Part shown: in pieces, positions 27,697 through 38,435 of the stretch
Position numbering within the stretch: position 1 is the stretch's first letter
Layout: every line of letters begins with the position of its first letter
Assembly (NCBI GenBank): GCA_010015805.1
Contig: ML978127.1
Span: 496,001 to 560,000 of the forward strand
Direction: 5' to 3'
DNA length: 64,000 nucleotides
Source: Rhizodiscina lignyota
Taxonomy: Eukaryota
Made by a program: the position numbers and the translations under genes
The notes under the pieces: model-generated
Seen by the model: the letters and a program-made list of their open reading frames with translations, nothing else
What the model was told of the DNA's origin: nothing
Databases searched by the model: none

Positions 27697-28454
27697 ATGC
27701 ACTACACATACCTCGCCTCCGCAGCTCTTCTCGGCGCCGTCGCCAATGCTGCCGACCATCTCGTCACCGTCGGCCCGGATTTGAAGTTCCACCCGGACGC
27801 CATCACCGCTGCCAAGGGTGATACCGTTTCCTTCAAGATCGGCACTGATCACAGCGTCCAATCCGGTGAATTCAACGCTCCTTGCGTGCAGTCGGGTTTC
27901 TCCAGCGGCGACCCGTTCACTGGCTCTGGCTTCGACTCGAAGCTTTTCCAGGTCACTATCAATGACACAACCCCAATCTATGGCTTCTGTGGTGAGGAGG
28001 GTCACTGCCAGGGCGGTATGGTGTTCACGATCAATGCCCCGTAAGTCAACTTGATTTGGTTCAATTGCAATTGTCCTTGCTAACTCGCTTGAACAGCTCT
28101 TCCGGCAACACTGTGAGTGCCTATTCGTCAGCGGCAGCGAAGACCAGCGACACCAAGGCCCCTAGCAGCCCCGTTGGCGGTCAATTCGTATCTGCCTCGT
28201 CTTCTGGCTCCAGTTCTTCCAGCGGTTCCAGCTCTGGTTCTTCGTCTGCTTCATCCTCCAGCGCTGGCTCTTCTTCGTCCGGTTCGTCCTCGCCAACCAG
28301 CGCCTCGGTCAGCTCAACTGGCTCCTCCAGCGCTTCTGCTGCTGCATCCTCCTCTGCTTCCACTGGTGCTGCTGCTGTTGGCGCACAGGGCCAGCAGGGC
28401 TTTGCTACCGCCGCGGTTATGATGTTGGCAGGTCTCATGTCCTACTTCCTGTAA
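27697..28454 (+). CDS. Secreted, probably GPI-anchored cupredoxin-domain serine-rich protein
   Basis: Signal peptide MHYTYLASAALLGAVANA; cupredoxin pattern GDTVSF..DHSV..FCGEEGHCQGGMVFTIN; intron 28041-28096; Ser-rich stalk; hydrophobic C-terminal tail. Confidence 0.9.
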
Positions 28455-29886
28455 GGGATGTCAATTGAAGGAGAGGGGGCCGTTCCGTTGTGCAGTGTTG
28501 GGGATAGTAGCCATGGGACAATAGAGTGTCTGAGATGTATCTTACGAAGAGGTTAGTAGTGATAGTGGAAGCGAGCTGAATCCATGGTCAGCGAATTTGC
28601 TTTTGTTCAATTCTGGGGGCTTACTTGCGATGGTGATCAACCTGAAAAGCTGGGGCAACATGGATACACACGATAGAGTATTACCGGCTAAAATTGAAAA
28701 GCCTGGCGTTCAGTCAAGCTAATTCGGTTCTTCAACTACACATTCCATCATCACGATTCGCAATTGCATGTTCGGACTTCGTTGCGTGCTGATACCTCAA
28801 GTTCTGGACTCTTGTTTTGATTGACATGTGCTTCGACCCACCTATGCACAGCGACATTTGGAATTGATAATGCACGAAGTGATGAGCACCGCAGTTGCCA
28901 GGTTACCGTGAGTAGATCCTATGATTTGGAAGAAGATTTGTAGTTTGCGTTTCAGATCTGCGGAGTATCTGAGATATTTCTTATTGAAGGTGCTGTCGTT
29001 GAGGTGCGACATTTGGCTAAAGATGAATGGGGACTTTGTTGATGAGTACTCCATTCTGCCAGTGGAGAAGTCCAAGGGTGAGGGAGTCTGGATGAGGGAC
29101 CAAAATAACAATGTCATCCTAGTACAAAGAGAGGTACTACCGAAAAAAATCCCTAAGTGGTTGAGTCTCTCGAATGCTTGACGGAGGCTTCTACCCTTTT
29201 ATGTAAACCGACCGACCGAGACGGTTGAACTCAGGGCTGGAGTCTCCTTAAATAGGAGCCTTCTCCAAGCAATCTGTCTGTGCTCGCCTTAAACAGTCCT
29301 AACACGAATATTGCTGGGGAATGATGCCTTCCAAAGTTCATGTGAGGTCCCTACGGACATTCGTAATCGATGATGAGAATCTCGAGCTCGGTGACGAGGC
29401 CTAGTGTCTCTCTGCATCAAAAGATATGAAAAACAACTTAAAGAATTATTCAGAATGAATATCTATAATCTCCTCGATTAAAAGACAAGCTAATAGATAC
29501 TAACCAACAGTATGTTTGATGAGATGGGCGGAGTGCATAGCTCTCAAAGCATGAGCATCGAAATTCTCAGGTCCTCCAAGTGTTGACCAAATGCAGAAAT
29601 TGCATTGTCAATTCGAGAAGGACATGATCGTTCTGGGAATGGTTCATAGTGGCCTGAATGGAGAGGCTCCGTTGGTGCGGAGTTTGGTGGAGTTATGGGG
29701 CTGGCTGGCCAGCTCCGCGGCAGGGAGGAAAAAAAAAGTTGGGGATGCGAAAATCACGTCAAGCCACGCGCAGATAAATCTCAATTCCCTGCATTACCAT
29801 CTCGCACTCCTTTAAAGACGGTTTTTGGTGTCTAAAAACTTGATCACTCTCATCAGCGATCCTTTCTAGTGGGTGGAGAATCTCGG

Positions 29887-31107
29887 ATGGCCCCCTCGAC
29901 GCCGCAGGTCGCGGCCGTAAAGGCGAGCGAGGTGATTGCTGGATCGGCTGCGAAGGACTTTAAGAAGGAGTCAGCGGCCGCGAGGGTTACAGGCGCAGGT
30001 ATGTACACTCCCAAGATATGCTGAAAGTCTTATCTGACGGCTGCAGGATGCGCTGGAATTGCGGAGTTGATGGTTTTTCATCCGGTACAAACTGTCTCTT
30101 GATGTCGCGCGACCTTCGACCGCCCCTACTGACCAACACGCAATTCAGGTTGACACAATAGCAAAGCGATTAATGAGCAATCATGGAAAAGTACGCTATC
30201 CGAAGGCTTCAGTCATATGGAGAGGGCTAATTCTTGCACAGATCAATGGCATGTCGCACCTCAATTCTGTTATCTTTCGGCAATACTCAGACGCTTCGGT
30301 ATCTCGACGGTTCCTCTCGCTCTTCCCTGGTCTCGGATATGCTGCAGCATACAAGATTCTCCAAAGGGTATACAAATATGGTGGGCAGCCATTCGCGAGA
30401 GATTTTCTTGCAAAGAACTATGGCGATCAGTTCGACAACACCTTTGGAAGAGGGAATGGGAAAGCGATCATGCATGCTACCGCTGGAAGGTACGTTGAAG
30501 CATATGCCTATAACGCATAATTGTTGACTTTTTCTCCATAGCCTGATTGGCATCGGCGAAATCGTCCTTCTCCCACTGGACGTTCTTAAGATCAAGCGAC
30601 AGACGAACCCAGAGGCATTCAGAGGGAGAGGAGTCCTCAAGATTGTCGCAGACGAGGGCTTTGGATTATACAGAGGGTGGGGTTGGACAGCAGCACGCAA
30701 TGCGCCAGGATCATTTGCAGTGAGTTGATCGTTCCCATCTCCGACAGGCTCAAGCTCACGAATACGTAAAGCTCTTCGGAGGTTCAGCAGCAGCCAAGGA
30801 ATACCTGTTTAAGCTCGCGGACTACAATCAAGCAACATGGACACAGAATTTTGTCGCATCTATCGCCGGAGCTACCGCTTCTCTCGTCGTATCAGCACCT
30901 CTCGATGTGGTCAAGACTCGTATCCAGAACAGAAATTTCGAGAATCCTGAGGGCGGCTTCCGAATAGTGTCAAACATGATGCGTCACGAGGGAATCACCA
31001 GTTTCTTCAAAGGTTTGACGCCAAAGCTACTGATGACGGGTCCGAAATTGGTCTTCTCGTTCTGGCTCGCGCAGACTTTGATACCTGCATTTGCCAAGGT
31101 CATGTAA
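29887..31107 (+). CDS. GGC1: Mitochondrial GTP/GDP carrier
   Basis: Multi-exon mitochondrial carrier with GIAELMVFHPVDTIAKRLMSN, SLFPGLGYAAAYKILQRVYKYGGQP, LPLDVLKIKRQTNPEAF and KGLTPKLLMTGPKLVFSF. Confidence 0.93.
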
Positions 31108-31712
31108 AAAATTTTGGGGTTGATGAGAGTCTTTCTTTGCTGAGGACAGCATCATGTACTTTGTATTAAGTTTCAACAATCTCCCGAGGAAAGAGCTGGA
31201 TGGGGGCGTCTGGTTCATTGGACAGCGACTATTCGTACGCTGAAGCCTTGGTGTACTGCTTTGAACGGATGGTCCTCTCGACTCAAACCTTAGAAGGCGA
31301 TTTTGTAGGGGCGGAAAAGTTCACAAGATCACCACTGCCTTGTTTGAGGCTGGGATTCTGTTCTCGACTCATACATCGTTTGCTCGTGCTGTATCTCCAG
31401 CGTGACGTCCTCAAAAGACTGACTACGCCTTGTAACATGTCATCAGCCTTGAGCGTGGCCCGTTGATTTGGCGAGTGACCTGCACGCACAGTCGGGTGCC
31501 CAGACATCGCATCACGTGCAAAGAACCTGCCAAAAGTGGTCTAGCGCTCAGCGGCGCTGGAACTCCTACATACGTGACTGCTGGTTTCTAGATCTGTTGA
31601 ACAACACTCAAGCTTTCAACGACCTTTCCTTCCAGACGAAGCCTTCCTTTTGATTCTTTCGAATCCCCTTCTTTCTTCTCGACCCTGTATTTTCGCATCA
31701 GTGCCCGCAACG

Positions 31713-32740
31713 ATGAATCCAGAGTGGTACGTAACCTTATCCGCCCTCACTACCGCCTTGGTGCTCGCCCTGCACCACCCTCACGCCTGAAATAAGAGCA
31801 AATACTGACTGTGACGAGTGCAGAGTACCTTGATTTCATAAACACCGAGCAAACGTTACTCTACGAAGCATGCGGCGGCCGATCTTGCGACTGACCTTTC
31901 ACTTCACTCAGATACGACTACCTCTTCAAACTCCTCCTCATCGGTGATTCCGGTGTGGGCAAGTCTTGCTTGCTCTTGCGGTTCGCCGATGACACCTACA
32001 CTGAAAGCTACATCTCGACGATCGGCGTGGACTTCGTATGTCTCGAAATTCAAATGAGATCTCTTGGCGATGGAGGCTTACGGGGCACAGAAAATCAGAA
32101 CCATTGAACTGGACGGTAAGACAGTGAAGCTTCAGATCGTGAGTGGTCCATCAAGAAGATAAGAGAAGAGACAGTAGCTGATTGTCGGATGCAGTGGGAT
32201 ACAGCCGGCCAAGAACGCTTCCGCACCATCACATCATCGTACTACCGCGGCGCACACGGTATCTGTGTCGTCTACGATGTCACGGATATGGACTCGTTCA
32301 ACAACGTCAAGCAGTGGCTGCAGGAGATCGACAGATATGCCACCGAGGGCGTGAACAAGCTTCTTGTGGGCAACAAGTCGGATATGGCGGACAAGAAGGT
32401 GGTTGAGTACACAGTGGCAAAGGTACTGTAACATCCATTTCCCCACAGATCAGAGCCTTGTATTACGTCCTAGCAGGATCACGATCAGCGCAAAACAAAG
32501 AAAGATCTTGCTGCAACAGCATTGTTGACACACAAACTTGGACAGGAGTTCGCGGACAGCCTCGGCATCCCCTTCCTTGAGACCTCAGCGAAGAACGCCT
32601 CCAACGTCGAACAAGCCTTCTTGACTATGGCGCGGCAAATCAAGGAGCGCATGGGCAACACGGCGAGCCAGAACAAGGAGAAGATCAACATCGGCCAGGG
32701 ACAGAGCGTGCAGTCTGGGTCGGCGGGAGGCTGCTGCTAA
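31713..32740 (+). CDS. YPT1: Rab1/Ypt1 small GTPase
   Basis: Exons 31713-31723, 31912-32035, 32091-32138, 32195-32422 and 32546-32740 give [41 protein letters not shown] and C-terminal GGCC. Confidence 0.98.
31724..31911 (+). other. Putative [D3,4] spliceosomal twin intron (stwintron) in YPT1
   Basis: Inner intron 31727-31823 (GTACGT..TACTGAC..CAG) interrupts the outer donor GTG|AGT. Outer branch GACTGAC at 31889-31895 and acceptor CAG ending at 31911. Confidence 0.85.
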
Positions 32741-33384
32741 ACAACGGTTAGGCATTACGGTACGAAGGTGTAGACGAGGCAAGGGTATCCCGCACACGAG
32801 AATGTCTTTTTTGTCGCTCGGCGTTACAACGGACAAATTTCTGTTGGCACGCCTAGCCCACTAGCAGTTGAGGCGACGGTTACTCCGAGGGAAGCGTTTC
32901 ACGGGTGGTTGCGAGGTGTGTTATGCTATCTCTCTGCATGGTCTAGCTAGAGTGGAGGGGGCTCATTGGATCATTTGGTTCATCTCGTCTTCCCACAAAC
33001 ATCTGCCCTCTCCTGCATTCCAATCACTTTTTCACTGCGTTTTCCTGGGTGTGGTGGGATGTGATTTGTTATATCCTCGTAATAAGAAGCAGGCGCGCGA
33101 TGCGTTTGGTCAGAACTGAACTGCTTGTGCTCATCTCTAAGTGAAGGTCTGTGGTATACGCAACTGCTTTCTCAAGCCAGATGCGAGATTCCATTATACC
33201 TATATTCCATTGATTTCCTCCATATCTTTCTTCATCTTTCAGAAGAGCAAATTCCATTAGTTACTTTTTAGTACCATTACTAATGTTAGGATATCATCCA
33301 CCACACTCCGGAAGGATCCGCCCAACTAAGAAAGTGGCCATAATGGGCCATCATCGTTCAACTTCAATGCACCTGCACCGTGCC

Positions 33385-33979
33385 TCAGTTTAGAGAGTTG
33401 CAGGTACTATTGATGCCTTGGCAGTAGAGTCCGATGACTTCATTATTCGTAAGAGGGCTCAGTAGACTCCCGATAAGTGGAATACTTGAGAGTAGACCAC
33501 CAAGATCCTTCTACAACGGGCGTTAGCTCCAAGATCCGGCGAGGCAAACAACTCAGACTCACCGCCACTACGACTTGACAGCATGTCTTAACGCCCGGGC
33601 AGTTGGAAGTGCTGGCGAACGCGTCATTTCGAACTGCAGGCAGAAAGTTAGCACTTAACACACCGAAACAGTTTCAATGGAGACTCACTTCCAATGCAGT
33701 TGACATCCTTTGGTTCAAGCGGATAATTCGTGAGCTTGGCGAGAAATTGGATACTGAGAAGGTCGCCAGCAAACGTAGCCTAGATCAGGCTGAGTCAGTA
33801 TGGGACAGGGCATTTCTTCACATGGCATGTGAACTGACCTGGCAGCAGGTGAGAGTGCCGCCGAATTCGCAGGCTGGATTGGAGGTGCGCTCAACCACAT
33901 TTACGGAGTCGACCGCGACCGAGGCACAGCTGGCCATGAGAAGCGTGAGGGCGAGGAGGAAAGATATGAAGAAACGCAT
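33385..33979 (-). CDS. Hydrophobin-like small secreted protein (142 aa, 4 exons)
   Basis: Exons 33979-33839, 33779-33689, 33633-33563 and 33510-33385 with canonical introns. Signal peptide MRFFISFLLALTLLMASCAS. Pattern C-x7-CC-x28-C-x13-C-x5-CC-x34-C, plus a ninth Cys. Confidence 0.82.
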
Positions 33980-35945
33980 TTTGTCGATGGTACGTGGGAG
34001 TTGAGTGCTGAATGGCCGTCAAGAGTGGGTGGTGAACCAGAACTGGTGGCCTTGGATGTTTGCGGGGGACAGCAACACTCTTTGATCGCCTCTAGTAAGG
34101 CCTTTCGAGGTTAGACTTGGGCGAAGAATCCAGCTCTTATTACTCCGTAGTAGTGACACAGCTCTACTGTCTTAACCTTTTCGAGGGATCGGACGATGGA
34201 GGTTGGCATACAGGAGGTGATATAGCTCTCGATATATGAGATTCTGCTCTGTACTACGTGATGCAAGTTTACGCGACACCGGACTATCGGCAAACCGGAA
34301 CGGGACGAGTGCAGAAAAGAAGTAATGGTGAAGGAATTAGAAAGGCGAATAGTCTTTCGCGCAAACCACATATACCTGCGCATAAGGCGGTCGCCATATC
34401 TCATACGAACGGGCGAGTGCACTAATAAACGGAGCATTCCCGCGCCACATAAGCCATAAACAGCCCAATGATATGGCGCGGGACCCTGGCGATCGTTTCT
34501 TTTGGGGCACACAGTCGGCGCGAACATGCTTTAAATGCGCCAATATACCAAAGCACGAGGCATCTGCTGATTCCCTCTGCCGAGTGGCTTGCGGCCTGGG
34601 AGAGCTGCCAACCTAATCTCTCGCTAACGCCCGTTCGACATGTCAATGTCATACGCAGCCCGGCTTGCGAAGTGAAGGATGAGCCGACGGGAAGACACAG
34701 CATCGCACCTGTCGTGTCGAAAGCCACTCCTGCCGCCGCCCTACGAAGCGTCGAAACCGAAGCGGGTTCACCAAGGCACTCTGTCCTTCCAAACATACTT
34801 CGCAGCAGCTTGCGCGACTGCCAGGTGCCAATGGAGGCCCAGTGTATTCCCAGCAGCCCTTCTCCAGCTGTCAAAGGTGCAGTCACAAAAAAGAGTCGGA
34901 TCTCACTCTGCAGATGCTCGGATGTGCCAGCACCTCCCGGCAATGGCTTAGATCGAGGCATCTTTCAGGAGTCGACAGGGGTGCATGCAAGCCACATTGC
35001 AGATCATATCGATGGCCAATACCGGATGAAGCCAACCTTCAAATAACGACACTTCGTCCCCCATCCAACCGTCATCATCGTTTATGCTTGCTCGCAACTT
35101 GCACTCTTCCATTTCGGGCTTGTAACGCCTCTCTCAGCTCGTCAGATTTCTTGGGCTGCTCTCGGGGCTTGCCTTTGCCGTCAGGGGCCTACGTTGTTCC
35201 CGGACGCCACCATTAAACGGGGAGGAGCAAGCCGAGCAACGTAAATGTGAGGCACTTTTTCTCTCCGTGAATGCCACAGGCCTAGCGAACATGTCTCGCC
35301 TCCGTAAACTCTCCGCAGCACCATTGCCAAGGGCATGCATGAGGGAAGGCGTGGTGATCAGACCGCTTCCACTTCGGGGAGCTCGACCGTCCAGAACAAA
35401 GCCACGTCGAATGAGCGCGACTCGGAGGATTATGTCTTACAAGGCCCTTGATACCGTGTGGATGCCAAAAAGGAGATCAACAAGCCCGCATTATCAGGCG
35501 CTCTAGCGACTCTTGGTCCGCTCCGCCGGAACCGTCGACATGTTCCCTCCTCAAAGCCCGCGAGGGTAGCTCAGTGGAACGTTTTACGGCTACGCTTGAC
35601 CTTTCAAAGACGTGCGTCACAATTAGGCTTCTCCCGCTGCACAGACCTTGCAGATAGTAAGTACCTTATATACGTGACTATCTTGGCCTTCGTCAAGGTC
35701 CCAAGGAATTGCGTGTCGTGGCCATGCCTCGGTATTTCTCTTCATGTCGGCCCTAGTACTTAACGTTCACTTCTCAACTCCAGCAACGCGTCTGTGGGTC
35801 GTATATTCCCATTCAGTTTACTGTCCCAGACACGCGGGCTCAATTCTGCTGTGAAACTGCACATCACGCCTGATTCTCCTTTGTTCAACCATTCCACTCA
35901 CCAGGCACGCGGGTCTTACCAAAAGTCCGCATCCCTTGCGTCAAA

Positions 35946-37792
35946 ATGCTTCTCGACTACCTCAGTTTTGGACTACTTCTCCTATCACTCGCTGTCTTCG
36001 CTCCGGTTCTCTACCTCTGGGACCGCTTTTTCAGTCTACATGGTCTACCCAGTCACCTGCCATGGGCCGGTGGAGATGGTGGCATGCTGTCTCGGGCGAA
36101 GGCGAATAAGAGAAGTTTCTTCGGCTTGCGGGAAATCATTCAAGATGGATACGAGAAGGCAAGACGCTTAACTTGTCCGATCCAAGACAGAGAGACTAAT
36201 TGGATTCGCAGTACTCCAAGAGAAATCGTGTGTTCATTCTGCCAAATGTGGTCACTGGTCCAGAAGTTATCCTTCCAATGACGCAAATACGGTGGCTTCT
36301 CGATCAGCCTGATGAGGTTCTCAATCAAAACGAAGTGAATCGTCACTTCCTCCATGCAGACCGGACCATGCTTCACAAGAACGTCATCCGAGACACAGTA
36401 CACGGTCATGTCATCCGCCGTGAGCTCACCAAAGAACTCGACGTCTACTGCAACGACATTGTCGAAGAGATTGACCACGCTTTGACCGTGAACTGGGGTA
36501 CGAATCCGAATGCGTGGAAGGAGGTCGCCGTGTACGACACAATGCTCGACGTCATCAGCCGGATATCCAATCGTGTCCTCGTTGGAGATCCGCTGTGCCG
36601 GAACAAAGAGTACCTCAAACGCACGAGCACTTTTTCCAGGGGCGTTGTCATTACGGCCGGGCTAATGAACCTCACTCCGGCGATTCTGCAGCCTCTGCTT
36701 TGTCCGTTCATCATGGCCTACGACACTTACCAGTACTGGAAAATCACCAAGTTTATCTTCCCGATCGTGAAGAAGCGCATCTTAAAGTTCCGCCCGGGCC
36801 TGGACTACAAGAAGCCAGACTACTCGGAGCACAATGACTACATTCAGTGGGCTCTGCATGATGCATTCAGCCATGATGACCCCCAAGAACGAACCCCTCA
36901 GATGATTACGAAGCGGTTGTCCGTTCTCAGTTTTGCCGCTATTCAATCCTCGGTCATCACAATCACGAATGCTCTGTTCGACATTGCGTCTTCCCCTTCC
37001 TGTGCTGACATCCAGCAATCTCTGCGGGATGAAGTCAAAACCGTCACTGCAAGTCAACCAAGTGAGGAATGGACTCGGGCGAACTTGGCTAAGATGCATC
37101 GTCTTGACAGTGCGCTCCGTGAAAGCATGCGTCTCTGGGGATTTATCTCACGTGGTGTTATGAAGATGGTCGTCAAACGAGAAGGTGTCACGATTCCGTC
37201 CGGAGAACACTTACCATACGGATCGAAGGTTGGCGTTACCGCGTATGGGCCCCACCACGACGAGTCGATCTATCCGCAGGCTTTCAAGTACGATGCTTTC
37301 CGCTTCTCCCGTGCAATCGAGGATCCTGCTCTCTTTGAGAATATGTTCGGATCTCAGGACGATGCTCCCAAGGCGCCAACAATGGTCACCAGCAACGACA
37401 ACTTCATGGCCTTTTCTCACGGGCGCCACGCTTGCCCCGGCCGCTTCTTTGCTGCAAATCAGCTGAAGCTCCTTCTCGCAGCGATTACGACGAAATACGA
37501 GATTGAGCCAATGGCTGAGAGACCCGAGAACCCCTGGTTGAACAATACCGTCGGCCCTCCGATCTGGGAGAAGATGCGTGTTCGTCGCCGTGCCGAGACT
37601 GTGGCGAGGCCAGTCGCCGTAAAGGCTACTTTCGCTCGCGCTCTGGCTGATAACGGTCCGGACAGAGCACTTATCCCCATTGCGGCGCAAAAGGACTCCA
37701 TGCGCATGGCCGTGACCCATAGCCTGCTGGACCCGAAGGTGCTTCACAGTCTTGTCACGGTCGGTCGCACTGAGATTCCTGTCGCTGCTTAA
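35946..37792 (+). CDS. Cytochrome P450 (resembles secondary-metabolism, ent-kaurene-oxidase-like P450s)
   Basis: N-terminal anchor exon 35946-36158, GC-AG intron 36159-36211, ExxR motif ESMR and heme motif FSHGRHACPG. Confidence 0.95.
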
Positions 37793-38435
37793 ACTTCTTA
37801 GAAAGCGATTCTCATCTTGTTATCTTTTCCCTGAAGCTCAAATTTATGACTAATGGCTTTTCTTAATTATACATTTAATGGTGCCTTACGGCACTCTAAC
37901 AGCGTTCGGTGGATAGAGGGTTGGCAGCTAGCGTTACTTCAAACGCATGGACTGAGATACTGGCGATCTGAGACGGATGTGGATGGGGACTTGGGACGAT
38001 AAGAGACCTCTCGTTACGGACGGTAGATGGCTTGCTTTCTGCATACCACAGATACCCGGAACAGATATACGGAGTACTGGTGTTTGCATTAGATGACTAC
38101 GTAGCTTCATAGCGTAATGGCATGGTCAATTCTGAACCCAATTCTGTTTGCTCATCCAAACCCTCAGCTCAGTATTTCAATGCCTTTGGTGCTGAGCGTA
38201 GTGCACGTGACTCTTCGATGAGATCCGACGAATCAGAGCACAGGTAGTAATCAGACACGCTGTGATTGGATGATGTGCAAGATACCCCTTCGGATGACAC
38301 TCACCTGTTTGCCTCCACAGACTTTATATATTGAAGATCTTGCGACCTCTTTTCTTACAATAACCACAATATCTCACTTTTCTCTGCTCAATTTTAATAA
38401 TATTTCGAGGTCTCTCCAGATTAAAACCAAACATC

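Noticed and set aside
32470..32515. Stem AGCAGGATC/GATCTTGCT in the last YPT1 intron
   Set aside because: Short stem with no snoRNA boxes or other support.
34422..35046. Overlapping 179-aa and 192-aa ORFs between the hydrophobin and P450
   Set aside because: No domain, no splice signals and non-protein-like composition. Most likely promoter sequence.
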